A stretch of 64,000 bases of DNA, taken from contig CM097882.1 of the NCBI GenBank assembly GCA_044892505.1, forward strand, positions 404,922,001 through 404,986,000, read 5' to 3'. A program made the translations under genes and the position numbers. Below are positions 50,078 through 62,835 of this stretch, piece after piece; the first letter of the stretch is position 1; every line of letters starts with the position of its first letter. The DNA is from Schmidtea nova. Its lineage: Eukaryota. Under the pieces are notes generated by a model. That model worked only from the letters and a program-made list of their open reading frames with translations. It had not been told where the DNA came from and did not search any database.

Positions 50078-51107
50078 TGTGTATATGATAAATAATAATA
50101 AAATGATATTAGTTTATGAGAAAATGTGACGAGATTTTATAAATGTTTGAATATAAAAAATTATAATTTTCATAAAAGAATGCATAAAATATCATATAGT
50201 ACACACAGACCAAGGTTAAAATAATTAAAAATACCTATGCCGGGAAGCGAGGGCATGATCTCGAGGGGCCTTTATAATTAGGAAACAAAATCAAGTTTCT
50301 TACGAATAATTCGATTCACGACCACAAATAATCTTCTTTCGTAATATTCTGTTATACTAGTAGTAAGAGATTCTCTGTTAAAGTTTCCCTGCTAAAAACC
50401 TCAAAATATTTAGCAACAAAATTCTTCCGCAAATCTTTTGCAAAATAGCATTAATTTTCTCCATTTTTATGGCGGTATTTATACAATTTTCCGCATTTTT
50501 ATTTCCATTGAGGTATTAAAACAAATCGTTCTAGAAGGAGTTTCTAATTTTCTCAAAATTAATTTCAACAATTTTCCGCAAAGCTAAATTAATAATTTTA
50601 CATCAAATTTTCATAAAACTAAATAATTTCTTTTTAGTCCAAAATTATACTTTTGAATTAAAGTTTATTCTAATTTAATTTAATTTGTTGCATTTTAGAT
50701 CAAAATTATTTTTCTTTTATTTTTACGAATTATTATTACTTTTACGAATTTTTAAGATAAAATCGTATTCTTCCTTCTGCAAACATGCTAAATTTCTACA
50801 ACTGAGGTTTTATAACGTAAATGCGTTCTTCACGTGCATATCCAATGTGTTTTTTGTCTATTCTAGTTTTTAGACGTGCTTCTTTTAACTATTTTGATTT
50901 TTCCTTGATGTTTTGATTAAAGGACTTTAGATTAGGATCTTGCGCGCTCTCTACTTGTTAATGCACTTTGGTCCACTTTAATATTTAGGTGTTTTTTCAC
51001 TTAACTACTTCGATTTTACTTGATGCTCTGGTTAAATTAGAATCTTGCGCGCTCTCTACATGTTGTGTTACCGCTTCATTTAAACAATTTGCAGTTTTGG
51101 CCCAACA
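46189..51107 (+). mobile_element. Giant LTR-like element, copy C (4919 bp)
   Basis: Starts TGTTAGG, ends CCCAACA; all conserved blocks collinear with B and D. Its own flanks (ATTC / TATA) do not match each other. Confidence 0.85.
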
Positions 51108-51129
51108 TATAGAGAGAAATTTGTAACGA

Positions 51130-51843
51130 GGATGATGTGACCATTACTAGAATCTGTGAACAAATATTCAGAGAACGCGGACCTCCGTGCCAGTTGCTCA
51201 TGGATAATAGCAGTTCATTTAGGTCTCGTCAATTAGAGGAATTATGTACAAAGTGGGGTATTAGTCGTATTTTTCGATGCGCCTTCCAACCATCGGGAAA
51301 CGGAATTATTGAGAAGAACCACAGGACCGTGAAGAGAATGGCGACTTTGAAGAGCCTTCGCGACAACTATTTCGCGACTGGAAGGATATGCAAGAAGTGG
51401 AAATCGGGAATGACGAAATTCGTAGTCGTTATTCTAGAGGAGACAAGGTATTCTGTAAGCCGCCGAATGCAAGATGTATAAGTGTTTGTACGGAGGGTAC
51501 CGTCACAAACGTTCACTCGCCCACGAATATCGAAGTGAATGGTGTCCCCAGGCACATAGCTGACATCAGACAGGTTGAGTTGACTGATATGACGGGAGAA
51601 GAGCGAACTATTGCAAATAATGGTCAACCTACGACTGAAATGTCAACCGATAGGCAACAAAGAAACCGATACATACCAGCGTATCTACAAGATTATATTC
51701 TCGGAGGCGACGCGCGTGACGATGATGTTGACATCACGAGGGAACGTGATAATTGATTATTATGTTTGTTTTAATAATGTCAAAAACGTGATTGTTAATT
51801 TTATGAATTTATAAATAAAGTTATTCTTGTGCGTTCGACTTCA
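51130..51843 (+). mobile_element. 3' fragment of a small Gypsy element: integrase core remnant, purine tract and about 97-bp LTR (51747-51843)
   Basis: GPPCQLLMDNSSSF...WGI...FRCAFQPSGNGIIEKNHRTVK (rve D..E region); tail RYIPAYLQDY; GAGGGAACG then TG...AATAAA...CA. Confidence 0.75.
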
Positions 51844-51850
51844 TATTTAA

Positions 51851-51917
<67 letters not shown>

Positions 51918-52162
51918 GTATGCTTATTTATTNNNNNNNNNNNNNNNNNNNNNNNNNNNNNNNNNNNNNNNNNNNNNNNNNNNNNNNNNNNNNNNNNNNN
52001 NNNNNNNNNNNNNNNNNNNNNNNNNNNNNNNNNNNNNNNNNNNNNNNNNNNNNNNNNNNNNNNNNNNNNNNNTGAGTAATTATAGCTAATAATTTTGTTT
52101 GAATACCATCCTTTAATTGTTATATTTTTCTTTTTTAAACCTCTAATAAAAACACATTATAA

Positions 52163-52495
52163 ATGCCCAATATTGAATTGGATAAATTTGGATATGAACA
52201 ATCTGTTCTATCCTCTCGAGTGGATGAGCTGGATCTTTCGTCTCAACAAATCAATAACCTTGCCGAAAATGAAAAGAAAATATGCTACAATTTTGGATAT
52301 TTATCAAGGCTGTTTCATCCAAAATCACAAGCCTGTTTCCCGATTGTGTGGCTTAATCCTATAATATTTGTAAAGCCGGAGCCTATTTCCGAAGATCAAC
52401 AAATCAACTACCGAGGACAATTCAAAGGATTTAAAGTGAAAATCGAGTCGAAAAGCAAACCAATCATGCGAGCTGTTCTGACTCTTTGTCGCTGA
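52163..52495 (+). CDS. 110-aa ORF of unknown function in the cargo slot of LTR copy E
   Basis: ATG-to-stop ORF followed by AATAAA at 52562, positioned upstream of the conserved mid-element motif like the cassettes of other copies. Confidence 0.4.
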   Translation: MPNIELDKFGYEQSVLSSRVDELDLSSQQINNLAENEKKICYNFGYLSRLFHPKSQACFPIVWLNPIIFVKPEPISEDQQINYRGQFKGFKVKIESKSKPIMRAVLTLCR

Positions 52496-53048
52496 AAATT
52501 GTTTGAATGGTATGCTCCATGTTGAGCAGTGTCCTAATGACAAATCAACATCTTTTATTGAAATAAAATTTTTATATATGTACGTAGGCACTACACTATT
52601 GATTGAAAATGGATGTATTAATTTGCAAATATGGCTTTATAGTTATTTCTTAGGATTAATTTTAAAAATTTTTTTAAAATGATAAATCAATTATAGGATT
52701 TGTAATTTTCGAGAATAGATAAATTTGAATTTGAATTTTAAAATTTGTAAAATTTAGATAATAATAAAATTTTTAGATTTATAATTTTTTTAATCTACAC
52801 ATTTAATTTAAATTTTTTAAGTTTTTCATAATATATTGTTTTTGATAATAGAATTATATTTTTACAAAAATTAATTTTGATCGTATGCAAACTTCCCAAA
52901 TAAAATTTACATAAAATTTTCAAGATAATTCATTTGGAAATTTCGAATACCCAAAATTATAGAAACAAAGTTTAAAAGTTTTTATGAATAATGTTTCTGA
53001 TTTAAGCGAAATTCAGCTAAATAAAATCAAATATAATTTGCATAATCT

Positions 53049-56000
53049 TGGTGGGTTGTTGATCGTCAATATGACCTTGACGTTGCTATGGCTCTCATCA
53101 ACAACTCAACACAAAACATTAGAATTAACCATCTTGTTGCCCATCACTATGTAACGTTGGTAATGCAACAAATGGGTGGGTATTCGCAATCAATGAGCGT
53201 CGTAAATACGAAACTATGATTGACCGAATATCTCCTGGGTCCAAGGGCTACCGATAGAAGGTTTAATGCCCATTTTCGTCCCTTCTCACATGATTTAACT
53301 GCAGATATATATTTTAAATTAACAAAAATGAAGTAATTTCATCAATTAAAATTTATTAATTTGTCCCAGTCAATCATTATGCTCGGTATTATCTAAATTC
53401 TCGGGAATTTTCGTACATTCAATTCATTCACGAACCCATTTTCGAACATATTATCATGACCTCATTCGGGGATCGATTATTCTTTAAAAAACAAACAATC
53501 TCAATTCGGGAATCGAATAATCTTTTATCAATACATATTTGATCGTAATTATTTTTGTCTAAATAATCATTGATTGCAAAATTTCGATTTCTGTATTTTT
53601 TCCTTTTAGTAAAAACTCAATTTAAGAATTTTCAATCCCCTATACCTAGTGTCTATCTTGCTTTTAATTTGTGATGTAACTTTTATCAAAAATTTAACAC
53701 TAGCTTTCAAATTTCTGCCGCGTCCCTAACAACAGGCAACGACGAAAATAAAAAAAATCTAAATGACTTTGTTAAAATTTTAATTAAGTTTTTATGACTT
53801 ATTTAGACATCTGAATTTTAGATCAATTTTATATTAGGAAACAAACTACCAAGCGCCCTGGTGTCGATTTCATCACCAAAAAACGGACGAAAGATTAACT
53901 ATATAAACGTCTTTCAAAAAATTCAAAGATCCTATTGGCTAAATTTTATTATGGTAAGTATTATATCATAGCGAAATTTATTGATTTGGTTTTATTTTAT
54001 TTTTAGCAACAGAGGTTTCCGTTTCAAACTGGAAATAGAGGTAAAATTTCATTTTTTCTTTTTTTTCTAAATTACAAGATCATTCCTAATAGCCCCAAGC
54101 ATTATCGGAGAAATCTCAAGTCATACGTCCAACAGAAATGAAATCCTCAATATTGTCAATTAGTCACAAAATCCGATCTCTCTCAGCATTTTCTTCTTAT
54201 TGCGTTTCCGTCGCAAATGGCTGCAGTAAATCTGGCAAATCCTCTATGCCAACCACTATGGAAAGAAGGTCATTATCATTGTGACCACCAAAATCAAGCC
54301 TGTCCTTTCGTGCAGGACTCTTACCTGGATTTTTGGAATATATGGATTAATCTGTGTATATTGATCTTGATGTATTTTTGTTTGGAAATTTTATACACAA
54401 TAAAAAAACTGTTATTTCCGTATGAATTTTCTTTATTAAATGATAATAGTGATTTAATAGATATTTAAACGGAAACCAAGTACAGTAGTTTTGTCGCCCG
54501 TTTCCCTCATGTAATGGTAAACCTCATCGAAATTCCACCTTTCATAGTCAGTATAGTTGGGATGGACGCTATAAATTACATGTTTTCTTTTTTACAATTG
54601 TTCTTATACTTGTAAATTATCCAGAGAATGGTTATTTGTCAATATAAATAAAGAATAAAATCAATAATATTATTGGTAATTAATTATTGGTAAATAATAG
54701 AATGTTATTGGTAAATAATTGGCTTGCTTGAGTTTATAATTAATTAACCTTTTGAATTACATTTCCGAGATGCACCATGCTGCATGGATGATGTGAGTAA
54801 GTGGGGTGATTGAGTATGAAGATAGTGTTGTTGAGTGAGACAAGCGAAGTTATGTGAAATTATTGTGGAATGAATTTGTTGTGTAGGGCGTTTGCTATGG
54901 ATGTTGATTGTTGGATGAGCTGATTTTGCATGGATTTATGGATGTATGATGCTAACTAACATAACTGTATCGATTTTCTGTATGAATTATTTGGGTGTAT
55001 GTTGCTATGAGTGTTATTGAGTGATACGGTGTGGTGTGTGGATTGTATTTTAAATAGATGTTGCTTGTGCTATTAGTATGGACGATGTTATTGAATGGTA
55101 TGGGTGCATTATTCTGCAATTATAGGTGTATTATATCTTTTGTGATACCGTGGGGTTTTGTTTATAATTAATAAATTACACAAATATAAAATTAAATTTT
55201 TACAATAAAAAAATAATTTTATAAAAAATTTTTTTAAAATTTGAATTTTATGAAGTACAATAAAATTTTCAAATTGTACTTTTTATATTTAAAAAAAAAA
55301 TTTTCAATCTTGCAAACTAGTATGAAGATTCGATTTATAAAAATTTTTTAATATTTCTAATGAGAATAGAAAAAAATTTTTCCCTGATATAGTTCCAAAA
55401 AAATGAATTTTGGTTTTATAATTAAGATTTGCATTTTTCACAATAACTAAAATTTTAATTCATAAATTTAAAATAAAGAAGTAACTCAAAATTTTTCCAC
55501 CGTCATACGAATGCTTTTACTATAAATGTCTGGATCAGTAATTTCACAAGGATTCAAGCCTGTTGATCTAAAGTAATTTTCACAATAAATTTTTATTTCA
55601 GCTTTTATATCTTCGTTCGGTTATCATTAAAAATCAACTCTAATTCATAATAGTTTTCGACATAAAGTAGGTGAATTTCGGTTTCGTTCGAGCATGAATT
55701 TCCCGAACAAAGAGCGCGCGGATTTTTCGAGACACTTCACTTGGGAACTTCAGGCTCCCGAAAACAAAGTTCACTGGAGTAAAATTATTTAGATAATTAT
55801 GCATTTAATGAGGTTTAATTCAAATAAATCAATACTTGTCTTCTTATTTCGTTTTTTGGTAATTATTTTATCGGTTTTGAGCGTTATTTTGAACGATTCT
55901 TTTTACAATATTGGCCTCTACTCGACATGTATTTTCGGATAAGATGACAATTTTTGTGAGAGTGAAGGCGAATAACGAGTTGAATATTCTTGTACAGATA

Positions 56001-57456
56001 AATTATATAATGGAAAAGACATTGATGGATAAATTGATGTTAGCGTTTTTATGTAGTATAAGGTTTTAAGTCCACATCATGTTAAAAATATAATTAAGAT
56101 AAAGATACACTACTATAAATTACAGATGATTAATATAACACCTTGCTCTTGGCCATGCCACTGTTCCCCAGTTGGGATGAAGTGATCATGGATGTTTGGG
56201 CGTATCACCTGAAGTCGGAAAAATTGGCTGATCGATTACGAATCGAATTAGCGATCCGCTCAGGCTTCTTTCACCCGATCGGCACAAGGCCAGAAAAGAT
56301 TTCAAGGGGTATGGAAGCAAAAAAAATTATTTATTTGATATCTGATATTTTAAATACTGAAACTTTATGACTATGGGAATCTGTGATAATGTTAATGAAA
56401 AACAAAATTAAGAGTTAAAATTTAAGATAATAAGATCATATAAACTATAAAATATAATATTTACACTAAAATTATTAATATGCAAAATAACAAATATCCT
56501 AATAATAAAATAAAAATAACTAAAAAAAGAGCAATGTCGACATGGAATGTCCAAAGGGCATGACTTTTTTGGGCCTCCCATATCGATGTAATGTTAATAA
56601 AATAAGATAAAACAAGAAAAAAAACATAAAATAAAATAATGATACCCTTAGGTTCAATGTGGCTTTTTTAACAGTTTTTCTTTCTCTCGGGAAAATAAAT
56701 GGTTCTTCTAAAAATTCTGGTTTGAGCGGAAATTTAAATTTTTAATCAAAATTTTTCACAAAATTCTCACAAGTTCTAAAAACAAGAAAATTTCCACACA
56801 AATTCTGAATAAAATTCTGATTCTTGCCATTTTGATGGCGGTATATATACCATCGATTGTGTGTTACCTTCACTAATGCAGTAAAACAAATTGTTCTAGA
56901 ATGTTCTTTTTAATTTCTCTAAATTAATTCTAACAATTTTCCGTAAAATTAAATCAATATTTTTACTTAATAATTTTTATAAACCATAAATAATTTATTT
57001 TTAATCCAAAAATTTTATTTTTGAATCAAAATTTATTCAATTTGATTTAATTTGCTATATTTCAATCAAGATTAGTTCTTTTTATCTTTAATGTGAAATT
57101 TTATGATAAAATCACAATTTTCTTCTAAAATTTTGTTAATTTTTCTGCACTGAAGTTTTATGACACAGTTCTGTTCTTTATGGGCATTTTAAATGGGTTT
57201 TCCGCCTATTCTAACTTTCAAACGTTCTTCCTGTGACGACTTTTAATTTTTCTTGAGGTTTCAGTGTAAGAACTTGCAGATTCCCAGCTAGCGCGTTCTC
57301 TACTAGTTGATGTGCTTGAGTCCACTTCACCTTTTTGGTGTTTCTCACTTAATCGCTTCAGTTTTTAATGGATGTTTGGGTTAAAATTGAATCTTGCGCG
57401 CTCTCTACTTAGGGGGTTACTGCTTTATTAAAACAATTTGCAGTTTTTGCTCAACA
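53049..57456 (+). mobile_element. Giant solo-LTR-like element, copy D (4408 bp)
   Basis: Starts TGGTGGG, ends CTCAACA, perfect 4-bp TSD ATCT (53045-53048, 57457-57460); TATA at 56842. Confidence 0.88.
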
Positions 57457-59409
57457 ATCTAATACAATCAATATTCTCTATTATAATCTAGACATTCCTA
57501 TTATGCTTTGAGTTTCTAGTTAGAAGATTTTTATAAATTCGGTTTTCTAAATGACTTTGCAATTTCTTTCGTGATGAGGTGAAGAAGATGTTCATGTAAA
57601 CGAAGGTGATTTATTGAATAGACGCATAATTTCGATAGCTTTTATTGTGTAAGAACTTTTGTGTAGTTGTGATAATCAATGAATTTTATATAGATACAAA
57701 TAATTACTGTGATATAATACAAATAATTTTAATTTGAGCAACCTTGCGCTTGGCCAAGTCACTACTCCTCATACAGTCAGGTTTGAGATTAAGCATAATT
57801 GGATGTTTGCGCTCACTTCGATGAAAAATGGATCAGAAAGCTGATCGAACCCCAGCTAACAAATGATTCATCAAAGTAAATAATGATGATACAAATTATC
57901 GCTGGACCATCATCAGACGTAAATGAAACAAAGATAATAAATATAATATAATAATAACATTTAAAGTTTTGTCGATCCTGGGACAAATGTGACCGAGTAT
58001 TTGCTTCACATTAAACTTCAAAAATTTATAATGATGAAATCAAAAGCAAAATTTTTAATAAAGTATGATATAATAAAATGAACTGTTTTAAATATCGTCG
58101 GACTCAACCAACAATGACATTACATAATGGTACAAAGAAATTTAAATCAGTAAGGAATAAAATAAAGATAAAATAAATAACATAAAAATAAAAATAAAAA
58201 AAAAATAATATCCAACATCGGACGAACTATGACATGATTCGTTGTCACATGCCATCAGAGTAAAGATTTCTTACATTTTGAAATGAAGCTCTACAGGTTT
58301 TAAAGTCTTCGTTCTACTATCGGTTGATCGTAATTGAGAGAAATGGATCGTCGGTTCTCTTGAAAATTTTCAATGTCGAATGAATTGAATAAGACTTTTG
58401 ACTCCGTTAGGTGAAAGTGGTTTATCAGACTTTTTTTCTCAACAAAAACTTCTTTTTGAATAAAATTATTTGGCAGGGATCTGCCTTTGATGGTAGCTCC
58501 CGTTGGGTAGTTGTAAATTGTGCTTCTATTGAAATTGATGGTTTCAGGCTGTTATTATCGTTGATGCATTTAAACAAATTGTTCTAGAAGGAATTTTCGA
58601 TTCTTCCAAAATTTAATTTAACGATTTTGAGCAAAATTGAATTAATATTTTTGTATAAAGTTTTAATAAAACTTTAGATAATTTATTTTTAATCTAAAGT
58701 TTTACTTTTAAATCAAAGTCTTTCTAATTTTAATTCAATTTGCTAAATTTTTATCTAAAGCAATTTTCTTTTATATTTTATGAGTTTTTAAGATAAAAAT
58801 CGAAATTTTCCTTCAGAAAATATGTTAGTTTTTTCTAATCTGTAATTTTATTTCATAATTGATGTTTTTATGTTATATTTGTGTTTTCAACGAGTATACT
58901 TGATGCATTTTGTACAGTTTGGTTTTTAGACGTGTTTTATTTAATTATTTATGTGATTTGTCATTACTTTGTTTTACATGGTGTTCCTCATCATATGACT
59001 TTAAGTTTACTTCTTGCGCGCTCTCTAAATGTTGTTATACCGCGTTATTCAAACAAATTTCAGTTTTTGCCCAACAATTCGCTTTCTTACTCAGATGAAG
59101 ATGAAGGAAAGAAAAATAATAATAAATAATTTTAATTCTTATATAATCCAACGTATATAAATTTAAAAACATCATAAAATAGTGATCCGGTGAGTTTCGA
59201 TTGTTTGCGTGATGATATCCGCTGTATCCTTTGGCGTATTTCAGTGGTGTCTATCCTGACTTATCCGAACAGGAAGTCTAAATTGAAGTCCTCCTCGGTG
59301 AAGATTAAATTGGGCAGAGGTTTTTGGTAATCACAAATTCACTCGTGAGCTTTGGTCCAAATCTTTAGTAGAGTTTTACTCAATGAAATATTTCATCGGT
59401 CGGAGTCAC

Positions 59410-59984
59410 AAAATCCTGCTGATTATGATTTTGATGGCAGTATATATAGAGGTATTTGTCTGTTGTTTTCGTTGAGGTATTAAAACAAATTGTTCTAGAA
59501 GGAATTTTCGATTCTTCCGAAATTAAACTTAATAATTTTAAGCAAAATTAAATTATTATTTTTGTATAAAATTTTTATAAAACTTTAAATAATTAATTTT
59601 TAATCTAAAATTTTATTTTTAAATTAAAGTTTTTTCTAATTTAGTTTAATTTACTAAATTTTTTTCTAAAACAGTTTTTTTATGTTATGAGTTTTTAAGG
59701 TAAATATCTAAATTTTCCTTCTAAAAAATATGCAAATTTTTATTGATTTGTAATTTTATTTTCTAATTGTTGTTTTTATGTTATATTTGTGTTTTTAACG
59801 CCTATATTTGATGCGCTTTTGTTCATTTTAATTTTAAAAGTGTTTTATTTAACTTTTCAGGTGTTTTGTGATTGCTGTGTTTTACTTGGTGTTTTAACTC
59901 ATAGAATTTTAAATTTACTTCTTGCGCGCTTTGTACATGATGTGTTACCGATTCATTATAACAAATCTCAGTTTTTTCCCAACA
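59410..59984 (+). mobile_element. 3' (TATA-to-end) segment of a further giant-LTR copy F
   Basis: TTTTGATGGCAGTATATATA, ATTAAAACAAATTGTTCTAGAAGG, CTTGCGCGC, ends CCCAACA. Confidence 0.75.
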
Positions 59985-60675
59985 TTTTGCATATATTTTA
60001 GGAGGTCTATTAGGTGTATGTTTCAGATTTTAAATTGACTTCGTGTGTACGTTCAGTTATTGAAATAAATCATATAAATTTCAGTTTATACCCATCATAA
60101 TGTAAAGTTTTAAAGTAACGATTTTAGATAAAAAAAAGATATTTAAGAAATAAATAAAATAAAATGTAAAATTAGTTAAATTATAAAATTATTAGTAAAT
60201 TACCAGAATGTTTTGTAAAAATTAGATTTTGAAAGAAAAATAATAAAAAATAATTGAAAATATGGATGACATCATAAGAGTTNNNNNNNNNNNNNNNNNN
60301 NNNNNNNNNNNNNNNNNNNNNNNNNNNNNNNNNNNNNNNNNNNNNNNNNNNNNNNNNNNNNNNNNNNNNNNNNNNNNNNNNNNNNNNNNNNNNNNNNNNN
60401 NNNNNNNNNNNNNNNNNNNNNCTAATCAGAACTTTTGAGTATTGTAGTACTTTGATTTGAAAAATAGCCATTTTGAATTTAAGTTAGCTGTTAGCATTTT
60501 TAGGCTCCAGTCTATTAGCCTTTTTTATTGAAGTATCAATTTTGCCCGGGATGATTCCATTTTTAAATAATTATTTTAATTTATTAAATGTTTTAACTTT
60601 TGATTTTTTTTTGAGACTCTGAATTGTGAGTTAAATATTTCAGTCAATTTTACAAAGCAAGAATTAAATTACTGA

Positions 60676-61270
60676 CACATGACGCTATCAGAGTTCATTG
60701 AACGCCATTACATCGGCGTGAGAGAATCTTTATGTCATATGGGAAGGATATATTCGTGAGTGGTGGTATGTCAGCGAATTTCCGTCCTGACTGACTGGGT
60801 AGCCTTACCTTGAACAGTTTCTACCTAACGGAATGCGAAGACATCATTGAAAAACCATTGGGAAAATATTTTAAAATATTTATTTTTAAAATTGTCATCC
60901 TAGTTTTCAAGTTAGTTTAGTCATTTTTATTAGACGCCAGTTGGCAGTGCCTTGACTGGTGGCCATGTTTAATTTTATTTGATGTATCGGTTTGTCCCGG
61001 ACAATCTTAAGTACAAGTAACTTGTTTTATTTTCATTAAATGTTTTAGAATTTAAAGCTCTCTTTTTTTAAAACTCCAATTAAGACTTAAATTATGGCAT
61101 ACAAAGACAACATAGCAAGAAGCAAAATAATAACATGACCCTACCAGAGATTATTCAAACGCCAGTACATAGGTGTGAGATAACCTCTGGGCCATTGCTG
61201 TTGTGAGCAGCTGAGGTTTGTGAACGACCTCCCATGACTGACTGGGTAATCCTGCGCTTAACAATTCCAT
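60676..61270. repeat. Two diverged copies (about 60676-60820 and 61133-61270) of a roughly 140-nt hairpin-forming motif
   Basis: Shared ACATGAC.CTA.CAGAG, AACGCCA.TACAT.GG.GTGAGA and TGACTGACTGGGTA. Confidence 0.7.
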
Positions 61271-62773
61271 AATGAAGATATCTAAAATCATTATTATATT
61301 CACAGCTACATCTTGAAAGAGGCTCGCTGTGGCATCTTTTTAGATAGTCTCATGAGCCAAATCAATGATGTAACCCAAATTTGGAGTTAGCACATAATTT
61401 TCGGTGTTCAAGTGAGAAGTGTAGATAACACAAATGTCATTATTATTACAATTTATTGAAGTAACCAGATGAAGTTCAGTCAGTAAATGTTACTCCCATA
61501 TTTTTAGTATAAGCAGTTCATGCACCGGAGCAAGGTTCGCCCAGAGCTGGATCATATATAATATTATCATACGTAGTCTAGACCTTCCCTTCTCTCACTG
61601 CTCGTGGTGATGAAGAATAAATTATATAAAAGAAAGACCCTACCTGGGCGATAGCAACTAATTCCCGATTAAATAAAACAGGCAAGTTAATTATTTATGT
61701 ATTAAAATATTTATATCTATTTGTTTGTGTGATTTTCTCAATTATGAATTTGTAACTGAATAAGGATGATTAAAATATCAGACGTTGTTGAAACAAACGT
61801 AGGCCACCGTACGCAAAATTAAATTAAACAACAACCTTCAAAGATAACTGGCACATAAAACTGATCCCGTAAGATCAAAACAAAATAAACTTAAATTTTC
61901 ACAAATTACACTGAACGGAGTCTATAAAGGGATGATTAGGGAAAATTTCAATAAATTATCTAATAAACGAAACAAATAATTAATGTAAAGAAATTTAATT
62001 GTTTAAAATCGCGAGAAATTATTTGAGATTACGCATGACATAGGCATGGTATACAAATAAATATAGACTGGATAGATAATTGTATAGAATTTTTAAGAAT
62101 AATTAATGTAGTGAAAACACCTGAACCTTCACACTGAAAGAGGCATTAATGTACGTTATGAATGCCATGATCCCAACTTCAGCCGTAGGGGTAATATTCT
62201 ACGAGCTTGGCTTCAAGATCATCTTGGAAGGGGAAGAAAGTTACCCCATTTCCGTGAAAGGTTATCAATCAACAGAATATCCTAAATATATAATTTGTGG
62301 AAGAGGAAACACCGATATATCTACTTAACTCAATCAAGAAAGACGGATACGGATGGCTAGCTGCCAGGAACATTCGTACAACAGACGCGGAATAGTTGGT
62401 CAAACGACAGTGAAGACTACCAAGATCTGAAGTAACAAGAAGAGGCGACGTCGTTGGCGCCGCAGAGAACGAAGAGAGAATAAAGAAAAGTGAATTCATT
62501 GAGTTCACGGAGTTCACGGAGGAAATGAAATGAGTAAGTGCGAGGTAAATGAGAATATCTATAGAAGAAATAAATTTTAACTTTCTTATTTGAATATTAT
62601 TCTTTTGACTTTCTCATAATGAAAATTATAGTCTAGTCGAAAAAGCAGTTACTTTTTAAACTAAGTATAACCAGAGTCTTTGATTCTAGGATTACACTAT
62701 TTTTATGTCAATGTACGACCATGGACAAGAGTTGGATGGAAGAATAAAAGAAAGTGACATATTATGCGTAGAA

Positions 62774-62835
62774 CAGGGGTGGCCAACCCTCGGGCCGCAT
62801 GCGGCACGCCTTGAACATTTTTATGGCCCGCGAGA
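62774..62835 (+). mobile_element. hAT (Charlie-type) terminus
   Basis: CAGGGGTGGCCAACC...GGGCCGCATGCGGC...TATGGCCCGCGAG; partner end not identified. Confidence 0.55.

Larger units (their letters stand above)
52073..59076 (+). mobile_element. Older giant-LTR copy E (5' end missing at the N run), split by copy D
   Basis: Family motifs on both sides of D (GGATGTA..TTTGCAAATA at 52610; CTTGGCCAAG block at 57749; AAACAAATTGTTCTAGAA at 58572; CTTGCGCGCTCTCTA at 59012); ends CCCAACA. Confidence 0.7.

Noticed and set aside
56143-56370. ORFs over the conserved GC-rich block (also 49839-50129)
   Set aside because: Frames differ between copies because of indels, copy B has stops, and one ORF runs through a (TA)n tract.
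53049-57456. Classification of the large elements as Ginger, Polinton or Helitron
   Set aside because: The inverted repeat is only about 7 bp, the TSD is 4 bp with TG/CA ends, and there is no TC...CTAG/hairpin. An LTR fits better, though a non-autonomous integrase-mobilised element is not fully excluded.
61133-61270. H/ACA snoRNA or SECIS identity for the duplicated motif
   Set aside because: No ANANNA hinge box and no correctly spaced AUGA/AA/GA core.
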